Shown here: one piece after another, positions 7,691 through 17,400 of the stretch | Layout of the letters: each line of letters starts with the position of its first letter | Position numbering within the stretch: position 1 is the stretch's first letter | Source of the DNA: a virus | Taxonomy: Duplodnaviria > Caudoviricetes | Virus record (IMG/VR): IMGVR_UViG_3300027719_000005 | Location: 1-62,461 of that record | Reading direction: 5' to 3' (one strand) | DNA: 62,461 bases | Translations under genes and position numbers: made by a program | Notes under the pieces: model-generated | Database searches by the model: none | The model's input: only the letters and a program-made list of their open reading frames with translations | What the model was told of the DNA's origin: nothing

Positions 7691-8107
7691 ATGAAAGCAT
7701 CAGAATTAAGAATTGGGAATAAATTTGAATGCATGGGAATGATTCAAACTGTCTTTGAAATTTGCGATAATACCGATAGAGGCAGAATAAAGCAAGCTGG
7801 ATATGAATATATTATTAGGTGTGAGGAAAACGGCAACCAGTATAAACCTATAGAAATTAAGCCAATACCCATAACAGCAGAATTGTTACTACGATTAGGT
7901 TTTAAAAATGATGATGGTGATTTCGTCTTGGAATATAATAGACAAGCGTTTATGATTTCAAAAGCCCAGGATGAAGATTTATTACTTCTTTATCGAGAAG
8001 ATATAGGGTTTTCCTTTAATGTGTTGAAATTTATTGAGCATATTCACGATTTACAAAATTTATACTATGCGCTGACAGGTGAAGAACTTACTTTAAGCGA
8101 CATATAA
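7691..8107 (+). CDS. Phage protein of the ELRIGN...LQNLYYALTGEEL type; paralogue of 62094-62444
   Basis: Shared N- and C-terminal motifs. Confidence 0.7.
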   Translation: MKASELRIGNKFECMGMIQTVFEICDNTDRGRIKQAGYEYIIRCEENGNQYKPIEIKPIPITAELLLRLGFKNDDGDFVLEYNRQAFMISKAQDEDLLLLYREDIGFSFNVLKFIEHIHDLQNLYYALTGEELTLSDI

Positions 8108-8124
8108 ACTAACCCAATACAACC

Positions 8125-8418
8125 ATGAACCAGTACATTAAAATTGCAATCTTAACATTACTCATTACAATATGTGTTAATGTGGCTATCTATGTACCCA
8201 GAATGATAATACTATCAAATTTGGAGTACAAGAGGACTTTTGTTCACTCTGTTTATGTAGGAAGTCTCAACGGTAAATCGAAGGAAATTAACCTTGGAGT
8301 TGTACTGGAAATATCGAAGTATAACGCATGGTTAGCCCGGATGAAATGGTTAAGGAGCCAAGGCTTGAGAGTCTGGATTCCGGTAGATATTGACAAGGAA
8401 ATATTCTATGAGCAGTAA
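8125..8418 (+). CDS. Hypothetical protein with N-terminal TM segment
   Basis: Hydrophobic residues ~5-25. Confidence 0.55.
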   Translation: MNQYIKIAILTLLITICVNVAIYVPRMIILSNLEYKRTFVHSVYVGSLNGKSKEINLGVVLEISKYNAWLARMKWLRSQGLRVWIPVDIDKEIFYEQ

Positions 8419-8439
8419 AATAATTAATACATTTGCCTA

Positions 8440-8715
8440 ATGAACTCCATCGAGCAAAAAATATACAACCATGCCAAGGGAATAATACCTCAAGCATTAA
8501 TTAGGGTAAAGCAGATTGAAACGAAGGCAAGGCTTATTAATATTCCATTCTCTTGTGATGGTTGCATTTATCGCTTAATATTTGACAAAGAGGTCAATGG
8601 GTTCACAAAAATAATTTATTCAAATGTTAAAGGGGGTCATATGACCTTGGAGCGAGTAAGTAGTGTTGGGTATTTTGATGATATTGAGGTGGGTGAAATA
8701 GAAATATGTAGATAG
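8440..8715 (+). CDS. Hypothetical protein
   Basis: 91-aa ORF before a terminator. Confidence 0.5.
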   Translation: MNSIEQKIYNHAKGIIPQALIRVKQIETKARLINIPFSCDGCIYRLIFDKEVNGFTKIIYSNVKGGHMTLERVSSVGYFDDIEVGEIEICR

Positions 8716-8743
8716 ATGGTAGCAGTTTAAATAAAGTTAGTTT

Positions 8744-8773
8744 AAAAAAGAGGAGCAATACCTCTTTTTTTTT
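8744..8773 (+). terminator. Rho-independent terminator
   Basis: AAAAAAGAGG-agcaata-CCTCTTTTTTTTT. Confidence 0.75.
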
Positions 8774-8885
8774 GTGGAATAATGCAAAAAGATATGTAAA
8801 CGACCGTGTTTTTTAGCATAGGCTTTGTTCTTAGGAATAAAATGTAAAAATCAATAAGTTTACCTATATCAATTCTTTTAGTATT

Positions 8886-9092
8886 ATGAATCCTAAATGT
8901 AACGAGTGTGCCTTTAATTGCCCTGAGGTTATTCAGAGCCTTTTAATTTTATCTAATATGGTTTGCGATGTCTGCAATTGCGAAGATGTAACAGAGGAGC
9001 GTAAAATAAGAGTAAAAACTGCCTACCAAATTTTAGAAAAATCAACCCTTGATAAGTGTATAAACAGAGAATGTATATGCATAATTATTTAA
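8886..9092 (+). CDS. Small Cys-rich hypothetical protein
   Basis: 68 aa with several CxxC motifs. Confidence 0.45.
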   Translation: MNPKCNECAFNCPEVIQSLLILSNMVCDVCNCEDVTEERKIRVKTAYQILEKSTLDKCINRECICIII

Positions 9093-9130
9093 CATGCTGA
9101 TATGTAGATAAATACAAATATGCAGTGTAA

Positions 9131-9166
9131 CAATAAAGGTCACTTATGAAACAGTGACCTTTATTG
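9131..9166. terminator. Probable bidirectional terminator between convergent genes
   Basis: 14-bp perfect stem CAATAAAGGTCACT / AGTGACCTTTATTG. Confidence 0.75.
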
Positions 9167-9208
9167 GCTATAAAAGAATATGGATACAGCAGTAATTATA
9201 GGCTGAAA

Positions 9209-11914
9209 TTACCCATTCCATGTAGTTGTTAAATCTGTATCTAGTCTATCCATCTGCATTAGCGTGGGTTTACATCCATGAACTAGCACTGTATATCTGC
9301 ATGATCGCTGTGTTTTGGTAATATGGACATCTACAACAGAGGATTGAATGAACGATTTACCATTGTTCAGGAAGATTAAACCCTCCTCGTTTAGCTGTCC
9401 ATACAGAAGAGTAGTTATCCTTCCATTGTTGCCTGTGATAACCTCTCTTAATACTGCCCTATTGACTTTTTTCTCGTCAGTATTGCCAAATCCACATGGT
9501 CGGCTAATAAGGAGTACTGGTAGGTTAATGCTTTCCTTGCCTAGTTCAACCAGATCAACGCTGTTGTTTCTGCTTATTAAAGCGTAGGTGTTCGGCCAGT
9601 TATTTGCCATCAGGTCGAATGACTCCGATCTCTTGTACCATAAACCAGAGTCGAATCCGAATATATAGGAGTACTGGTAGGTTGGATTGCTAACTATTAA
9701 CTCCTCGTTGATGTAGTCCACCGCAAGGGTGCTACCCTTTAGGTATGTTAAAAAGTCCACCTGGGATAAAGCATCATCATTCCCGAATAGATCAACCATG
9801 AGCGTGTTGAATAGATCGTTATTCACCAGATTATTGCTTACAGGACCGTTAACTGGATTGCTGATTAACTTAAAGGACTCTCCGTACAGGGAGATTATCC
9901 CTTTGTCGGTTGGGAATAGTATTCTCCCATTGTATGAAGTGGCTTTGCCTACCACTACCTCATCAGTTACAGGGATTACTCTTAGAACCATTACTTCGCC
10001 AGTTCCTATCTCCAGCGCAAATACTCCAGTAGTAGTAAATACTATCATGGGGTGCTGACCATATTGGAGCGCGGATAATGGCTTAGAGTTGGATATTAAT
10101 TGCAGGATTGAACCATTCCCCACCCTGTAGGAGTTCTTTGCCTCGAAGTATAGCGGATTATTAACAGCAGATACCTGTATTCGGTTATTGTCGGGAATGG
10201 AGTTAATAAATATATCTGAGGCTATTTCTAGCTCTGTGTACACTGTGGGGTATTTCCATGTCATTTGATTGAACAAATCCCAAGACATCCTCACGTAATC
10301 GGTATGCCTAGTTCTTTCCCCAGAAGTTCTTGTTGTAGAGGTAGGGATTGTTTCATCTATATCGGGCTGATAACCCATTAAAGAAAAGGAGTAGTTGAAA
10401 GAAGGGTGAGGTGTCATATCAGACGAAAAAGCAATGTATGTACTTCCTCCATCCGGCTTTACCAGAATATTAAACTTAACAGCCCTGCTATCTGGATAGT
10501 AAATACAGAAAGGAAGGTTTAAGTGAGTATCGCTATTAGCATAACCATCGCTTCGTAAGTGTATATTACCCACAGAGGTTTTCAGGATAAACTCAAACCA
10601 AACAGTCTTACTAACTCCTCCCGGATATGAAGCGGTATTGTATGATTTTGGTACCGGAGAAAAGTAGTTGATTATGCCTCCCATCCATAGTCGGGAATTA
10701 TAGATAAAAGACGATGATGCATACATTCTGATGTCTGATAACTGCTCTGTAGGCATAGAATCCTTGGTGTGAATGGCCGTAATATCCCCCAAACTTATTG
10801 TTGTGGGCGATACAATATCTAAATCATCTAAAGGAATTGTATGAACCTTGTAGAGCTGCGTGTCTTTAATCATTAGGTCGGGTGTAATGTTTTCATCATC
10901 CTCAATACTCTCGTTTAATTCCCAGGGAGAAACATTTCCACCGTTACTTCGTCCGTAATAATAATCATCTCTTTGGTTATTGTACGATTTGATTCTATGA
11001 TAAACCCTGCTCATATAAATATTTACACCCATTACCAACCCTTTATATTGAGAATTTAACTCCTCTAACACTCCTGAGTTAATACTTGGTATAGAGTACT
11101 GCAATGTGCCGGGATCAAGGGCTACAAATACTTTATCATTGCTACTAAATACGGCTACCTGTACTTCGCTAGAACTATCATACTTATCTGTGATTTGACC
11201 TCGAATGTGCATAATAATAGGCTTGGAGTGACCTACTATAGAGCCATCAAATAGCTCATAGGCGTACCGAATCACCACGTAACCGTTAATCATTCCCTCC
11301 TTCTCCCAGTTATTATAGGCAATATCAAGTACGGTCATTATCTGATCATACCTTTCATCCGATGAGCTATCGTAGTCTATTCTACCAACCGGAACGGCAG
11401 TTGATACTCCATTAGCCATGAGCCAAGAGGCATAATCTTTAAAGTTGTCATACCCTAGGTATGCACTATTAGGCTTGTTGTGAAAGTTAATTTCTAGCGG
11501 TTTGGGTACTGCATCCCCAACGTATCGGTAGTTGTTTATTTCAATATCGTAAAGGATATAGTGCATCTTCTTACTGCTATCGTCAAATACGATGAGAATA
11601 TTCCCTATCGTTTCGAACCTTACCTGCTTACTGGTGCCAAGGGTAAATATATCCACAAGAACACTCCCTTGCTTTTGCTTAATCTTTCCGGTAGGCTCAT
11701 GGTACACCACAATAAAAGAACCTGAGTTTGTATTGTGAACACACATAGCCTCAATTCCGCTTCCAATGGTGAACTGGTTGGTTTTGCCCTTCACGTTCTG
11801 CCACTTCCCATTCTTGTACCGCGCGTTAATCAACTCTTGGCACTCTATCATCTCGGCCTTATTGGTTAGGCTACTCCTGTTTATCCCCTTTAGGGTTGAC
11901 TCTACTGTTGCCAT
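9209..11914 (-). CDS. Tail tubular B / P22 gp10-like virion stabilisation protein
   Basis: 901 aa, beta-rich; IQVSAVNNPLYF...QYGQHPMIVFTTTGVFAL motif; next to the ejection genes. Confidence 0.7.
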   Translation of the reverse strand: MATVESTLKGINRSSLTNKAEMIECQELINARYKNGKWQNVKGKTNQFTIGSGIEAMCVHNTNSGSFIVVYHEPTGKIKQKQGSVLVDIFTLGTSKQVRFETIGNILIVFDDSSKKMHYILYDIEINNYRYVGDAVPKPLEINFHNKPNSAYLGYDNFKDYASWLMANGVSTAVPVGRIDYDSSSDERYDQIMTVLDIAYNNWEKEGMINGYVVIRYAYELFDGSIVGHSKPIIMHIRGQITDKYDSSSEVQVAVFSSNDKVFVALDPGTLQYSIPSINSGVLEELNSQYKGLVMGVNIYMSRVYHRIKSYNNQRDDYYYGRSNGGNVSPWELNESIEDDENITPDLMIKDTQLYKVHTIPLDDLDIVSPTTISLGDITAIHTKDSMPTEQLSDIRMYASSSFIYNSRLWMGGIINYFSPVPKSYNTASYPGGVSKTVWFEFILKTSVGNIHLRSDGYANSDTHLNLPFCIYYPDSRAVKFNILVKPDGGSTYIAFSSDMTPHPSFNYSFSLMGYQPDIDETIPTSTTRTSGERTRHTDYVRMSWDLFNQMTWKYPTVYTELEIASDIFINSIPDNNRIQVSAVNNPLYFEAKNSYRVGNGSILQLISNSKPLSALQYGQHPMIVFTTTGVFALEIGTGEVMVLRVIPVTDEVVVGKATSYNGRILFPTDKGIISLYGESFKLISNPVNGPVSNNLVNNDLFNTLMVDLFGNDDALSQVDFLTYLKGSTLAVDYINEELIVSNPTYQYSYIFGFDSGLWYKRSESFDLMANNWPNTYALISRNNSVDLVELGKESINLPVLLISRPCGFGNTDEKKVNRAVLREVITGNNGRITTLLYGQLNEEGLIFLNNGKSFIQSSVVDVHITKTQRSCRYTVLVHGCKPTLMQMDRLDTDLTTTWNG

Positions 11915-12428
11915 CGTTATTTTTTATTAGTTCCTGGTTGTTTATTATTTGCTGGTTTATCTGCCAGAAGAAATTTCCTTTGGGTGAATCTGCTGGAATG
12001 GACTCACCCATAATGTCGGTAATGGTTTTAATGGCCGCAATGATCTTAAACATATCCTTCTCGGAGGCCATCAACATTTCTAACCGTTCTAGGCCATCCA
12101 TTCTAACTTTAGCGGCTACCTCAAGAAAGTCTTGTCTTGCGGTTTTTAATGGGGCCACCACCTCTGCGGCTAAAGCCTCACTTACGGTAGGGTTTTCTAT
12201 TAGATTGGGGATAGCCCTCGACTCGACAGGTGCGCTCATCTCTCTGATCTTCCGGCATACAAACTCATCCGATTCATGCCACCTCTTTAGCGTAGGTCTG
12301 CATACTCCTGTTTCCTTAGATGTCTTGTAGTAGTTATAGTTATTTCTAGCCAGAATTATCAGTATTTCAGCCTTCTCCTTTTCTGAGTGTCCGTTCGTGT
12401 ATTTACCCTTCTTCTTTTCCATATTCAT
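11871..12428 (-). CDS. HTH protein, possible terminase small subunit-like
   Basis: N-terminal HTH (YYKTSKETGVCRPTLKRW), helical C-terminus. Confidence 0.5.
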   Translation of the reverse strand: MNMEKKKGKYTNGHSEKEKAEILIILARNNYNYYKTSKETGVCRPTLKRWHESDEFVCRKIREMSAPVESRAIPNLIENPTVSEALAAEVVAPLKTARQDFLEVAAKVRMDGLERLEMLMASEKDMFKIIAAIKTITDIMGESIPADSPKGNFFWQINQQIINNQELIKNNDGNSRVNPKGDKQE

Positions 12429-12432
12429 CCTA

Positions 12433-12440
12433 CAAAACTA
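12433..12440 (-). promoter_or_regulatory. Bacteroidota -7 promoter motif TAnnTTTG
   Basis: TAGTTTTG on the minus strand just upstream of 12428. Confidence 0.45.
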
Positions 12441-12562
12441 AATCATAATGAAGGAATTGAGCCTTAAAAATGTTACCATCATGTCATATATAACTATTAA
12501 CGTGTAATTCTATTAATAAGCAAAAAGCGTAAAAAGTATTTCTTTTCGAAAAAATTACAGCT

Positions 12563-13159
12563 ATGTGGGGAGCAATTATAGGGTCAGCCGTAAGTCTTGG
12601 TTCTGGGATATATGGACAGATTAAAGCGTCAAAAGCCTCAGAGGAGACGAACAATCTGCTCGATAAAAAGGAGCGAGGCATAGACTCTTTCTACGGTAAG
12701 GAGATCAATAAAAATGTTCTGGATACCGACTACGCCAAGGCTACTCTAAAGAAGTTTAGGGAGCAAATGGAGGAGCGAAGGAAGCGATCAGATAGCACTG
12801 CCGCCATAACCGGTGCCAGTGATGAATCTAAAATAGCCGTTAAGGCCGATGAGGCAAAAGGAGTATCCAGCGCAATAACCTCGCTTGCACAGTACGGATC
12901 ACAACGCAGGGATGCCCTGAGAAGTGAGTATATGGGGAAGAAGGATGGTATAATTGCGGCAAGAGTTGGTATGGCTCAAGGAAAACAGCAATCAGCCAAT
13001 AATCTTACTAATAACGCATGGAATAGTATTGGCTCTTTTATTAAAACATACGAGAAAGGGGAAAAGAAAGACTCGGACAATGATGAAGATGACAAAGAAA
13101 TTAGCGAGGAGAATAAATCAGGAAACGAAGTTTATCACAATCAAGACAACCTTGTTTAA
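12563..13159 (+). CDS. Putative DNA ejection/pilot protein
   Basis: Gly/Ala-rich hydrophobic N-terminus MWGAIIGSAVSLGSGIYG, helical; first of three internal-virion genes. Confidence 0.65.
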   Translation: MWGAIIGSAVSLGSGIYGQIKASKASEETNNLLDKKERGIDSFYGKEINKNVLDTDYAKATLKKFREQMEERRKRSDSTAAITGASDESKIAVKADEAKGVSSAITSLAQYGSQRRDALRSEYMGKKDGIIAARVGMAQGKQQSANNLTNNAWNSIGSFIKTYEKGEKKDSDNDEDDKEISEENKSGNEVYHNQDNLV

Positions 13160-13181
13160 CATCATCTTAAAGTAGTACACC

Positions 13182-14444
13182 ATGATTAGCCAGAATGAAG
13201 TTTATATAGATGATGAACTGGACGAAAGGAAACCTAAAGGCAAAACTACCAGCATCACCAAGAATAAAACTACCACTAAGTACACTAAGGTGGAGGATGA
13301 TAAGCCAATGGCTAAACCATCAACTGAAACTACTGGGGATAATTATACCCCAAGCAATGCTTACTGGGATTTTATTAATTCCTCCTTGGAGCAGTACAAG
13401 CCACAACCTAACGATGTTGACGCGGGAAGACACCAGCGTTTAGCCAAGGTACACGCCATAGCGGAGGGATTAAGAGTGCTTAGTGAGGGTATTGGGTTAA
13501 AGTACGATGTACCTGTAGAGAAGAGAGGCCCTAATCAGGATGTATTAAAATCGTTACAGGATTTTAACCGGGTTAAAGCTACTGACAGCGCAAAAGCAGA
13601 CGCACACAACCGCCTTGCAATGGATTTGAAACTTAAAGCCATGCTACAGGACGATCAGAATAAAGCCTCCATTGCCAAACAACGCAAGGAGGATGATAGG
13701 TACAACAAGGAGAGAACGTTTGAGGAGGAGAAGTGGAAGGCCGATAAGGACACAAAGGACAACAAGGCCAAGGCTGATGCGAATGCAGATGCTTTAAATA
13801 GAGGATTGAAGAAAAAAGAGCTCGATCTGAAGGAAAAAGAACTTGCAAATAAAGGGAATACTGAGCAGGATAAAAACACATTGGCCGCAGTGGACTCCAA
13901 CGGACAGGTTGATAAATTAGATCAGCTACTTCAAACATTAGTGCTGAACAAAATTACCAACGATCCTACCTACGATGACGATATGGACGCGCTGATGTTC
14001 CGGTATGATGATAACGGACAGCGTTATATAACCCAGAGGGGATTATCCATGATAGTCCAGAACTGGCAAAAGTACAAGGATGATATTATTGGCTCTATTG
14101 ATGATCCCAAGTATAAAGCAATGCTTTCCAAAAGCAAAGGGAGTTCATTAAAAACAAAAGAAGGCCCCCTTTTTAACCCATTTGTTCCTGCTGGAGAAAA
14201 AAAACCTGAGGGTTACGGTGTTTTGAAACCTGAAAACATTCAAGAAACCAAACAAGGGGCAGAGCGAGAGTTTTCAGACGATGAACTTGCAAAACTATTC
14301 CCTGCTGGAGTACATCAGCTGGATTCTACCAGCAAAAAAAATCTACTTTATCAGCGATGGGCTGAAATTGACTCGCTTGAAGGATTCAGCGAGGAGAAAA
14401 AGAAAGCCATGAAGAAAGAAGTTAAAGCATACCTATTCAACTAA
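13182..14444 (+). CDS. Putative internal virion/ejection protein
   Basis: 420 aa, charged coiled coil, between the pilot and the giant gene. Confidence 0.55.
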   Translation: MISQNEVYIDDELDERKPKGKTTSITKNKTTTKYTKVEDDKPMAKPSTETTGDNYTPSNAYWDFINSSLEQYKPQPNDVDAGRHQRLAKVHAIAEGLRVLSEGIGLKYDVPVEKRGPNQDVLKSLQDFNRVKATDSAKADAHNRLAMDLKLKAMLQDDQNKASIAKQRKEDDRYNKERTFEEEKWKADKDTKDNKAKADANADALNRGLKKKELDLKEKELANKGNTEQDKNTLAAVDSNGQVDKLDQLLQTLVLNKITNDPTYDDDMDALMFRYDDNGQRYITQRGLSMIVQNWQKYKDDIIGSIDDPKYKAMLSKSKGSSLKTKEGPLFNPFVPAGEKKPEGYGVLKPENIQETKQGAEREFSDDELAKLFPAGVHQLDSTSKKNLLYQRWAEIDSLEGFSEEKKKAMKKEVKAYLFN

Positions 14445-14456
14445 CCGTTTGTTGCC

Positions 14457-17400
14457 ATGTCCACTGAAAATACAATAGCCAAAATACTTGCTGAACGTAA
14501 TAGCAAAACTCCTGTTAATACAAATGTTGATGATATTGATAAGGGCTACGAGGAATGGAAAGCCCAAAACAATCCATCAAAAGCACCCGAAAAACAGGAG
14601 GATATTACCACCCTAAACAGTGAAATATCCTCACTGAGCAATAGAGTAAAGGAGTATGATGCTATTGATAGTGGCAAAAATAACAGTAGGGCTACAACTA
14701 CAGGGATGTATTCAGGGGGTATGAGCGTTCTGGATGCAGTAAAACCGCTAAAAGAAACCAACGATAAGTACACCGAACTAAGCAAAACTATCGTACAGGA
14801 TAGGGAGCGTTTGGCAGAGCTAAGCAAGAAAAGAGACGCTATAATTAGCGGCTCCGTTGATCCAATAATACAGCAGGTAAAATCGAAAAAAACGGAAATA
14901 TCCGATCAACTAGAAAGATCATACTCTGATTTAGAGAATACGCTTAATGAGGAGTATGACACAGCCGATCCGTTGAAAGCCTTGGAGTACGAGAAGAAAA
15001 GGCAGGAAACCACAAGGCTGATTGAAAGGAAGCAAGCCTTAACTCTATCTGAGGACTATCTTGTCAGAATGAAAGATTTGGCTAATGTTTCTCCAGATAA
15101 ATACATACAGGCACTAGGACAAGGATTTGCAAACCATGACTGGGTAGATATTGCCACTCTAGGGTTAAAGTCAATGGAGGATAACTTCAATCTTGCCAGT
15201 ATTTCAAAAAAAATTATGGCCGGAACCGCCACAGAGGAGGAGAAGGTTGCCTTAACTCTGTACAGCCAATTTAACCAGTTAGCCGCAACCAAGGATAAAC
15301 CTGTTACCTACGATATTGCACAGTCATTCATCCAATCTCTACCCTATATGGCTGATATTGCCATATCTGGAGGGGTTAGGGGAGCGATTACAAAGGGTAT
15401 TACAAAGGGAATTGGAAGAACGGTAGTTAACCTGTCCGATAATGTAGCAGGGATTGTTGCCAATAAAACGGCTCAAAAAGCGGTTAAAGGAACAATAAAG
15501 AATACTGCTAAAATAGCCACTCAGGCCACAGGGGCAATTGCTTCTTCTCCATTGCAGATGAATATGTACAATAACTTTTCCGAAAATAGACTAGCAAACT
15601 ATGTTATTGACTACGACAATGCCGGAGAAGTAATGGTGAGAGAGGCCAAGGATTCTGAAAATGTAGCAGAATCTATGATTAGAGCTATGGCATTAACAGC
15701 ATCCGCAACATTCTCCGAGAGTAGCGGTGTAATTTTCGATGATGCCTTTTCTGCCATTGGGAAAAAGTTCTCTCTGAATAAGCTTAACCCCCATTTTCAA
15801 AACAGCCTTAGTCGAGGTTTTGGTGCAGTAAAGAAAGCCACCAGTTTAAACCAAACATTCGGGGAGGTTGGTGAGGAGTACATTAATAAATTTACGGACA
15901 TTCTAGTTACAAACCCACGAGAAGAGGATGCCAATCAGGATGAGTGGGCCAATTTCTTCAACACAAGGGAAGGATTAACGATACTTGGATCAACCTTGAT
16001 TACTCAAGGAATGTTCAAGGCGCAATACGCTCCACACTTGGTTGACTTAGCAAAGACAAAATCCATCGTTAAGGAGAATGAAACCCTATTGCCGGAAGAA
16101 ATAAGGGCTAAGATAGTTCAGGCCATGAGTGCAAAAACGGCCAACGAGCAAGTTGATGGACTGGTGAACCTAAAATTAGGGAGCATTGAGAACCCTGAGG
16201 AGCGCAGAAGTGTTGTTAACTACATCAAGAGCAAAATTGAGTATGATTTTGTAAAAGGAGTAGCGCAGGGCGATCAGGAAATATACCGGATTAGAAAGGT
16301 AGATGATAGCGTGGCCTCCATTGCTCATAAAGAATCAGGCAAGGTTGTTATTGTTACCGAAACAAACCAGCAAGACCCCAACAACGAGGCTTATGTTATA
16401 GCAGGGAACATTGAAGGGGAGAAAACCGACCTTGTTACCATTATTACCAGCGAGGGTGAAAAGAAGATGGTATCCATAGCCAATCTTAGCATAACAAATA
16501 CGGTTGATGTAAAAGAGCTAAGGGATAACCTGGTAATTGCCGAACTCTCGAAGTTAGAACAGGAAACAGCCCAAGAGGAAGGGATTGAAAAAGCGGAATC
16601 TTTAGGGATCAATGCAGAGGAAGTACCCAGTATTGGGGAGGAGTTACCATTGCCCGATGGAAGTACCATTAAAATAGTATCCGTTGATACCAATGGGGTA
16701 TCATTTGATGTGCTTGACGCGGAGGGAATACCCGCCATGACCAAAAGCCTCAGCTTTGAGGAGTACTCTCAGATGGTTCAACCTACCGCAGAGAATCAAC
16801 CAGTCGAGGGTGGACAACCTGTAATATCCGAGCAGGACACTGAACAAGCACCTATTAGCGAAACCCCTAAAACCATCAAGACCTTAACCGACGGTAAGCA
16901 TAATTTAAGCGTTGCTTTGGATGAGAATAACGAGGGTATTTCTCAGGAGGTATATGATAACCTTCCCGATGCGGAGAAGGTGGTTAATTCCTTGTCGAAA
17001 CGATTCTCCAAGTTGGAGTTTAACATAGTGGACCAATCGGGCGATGATGTATTCTCCCCTGATGCCTATGTTATTTCCGTTAAACCAAGATCAGTTAAAA
17101 GTGTAATTAATCAGCAAGCCAATGAAACCATTGAAAGTGCTATCACCCCAGAAGAAAGCATCACTCCTGAGGCAGTCGTTGATCAAGTTAGCGAACAAGC
17201 AGAAGAAGGACAAATTAAAGAAGTAACCAATGAGCAAGACATACAAGGACAACAAGCATATCCCGAAATTGAGAACCAGGAACAAGTTAAGGGTGAAGAA
17301 ATACGACAGGAAGAAGGACAAAAACCTATCGGAGTAGATGAATTAAATAACACCCAAGCAGAAGAGTTAATCCCTGTTGATGATTCCTCCATAGGTAAAC

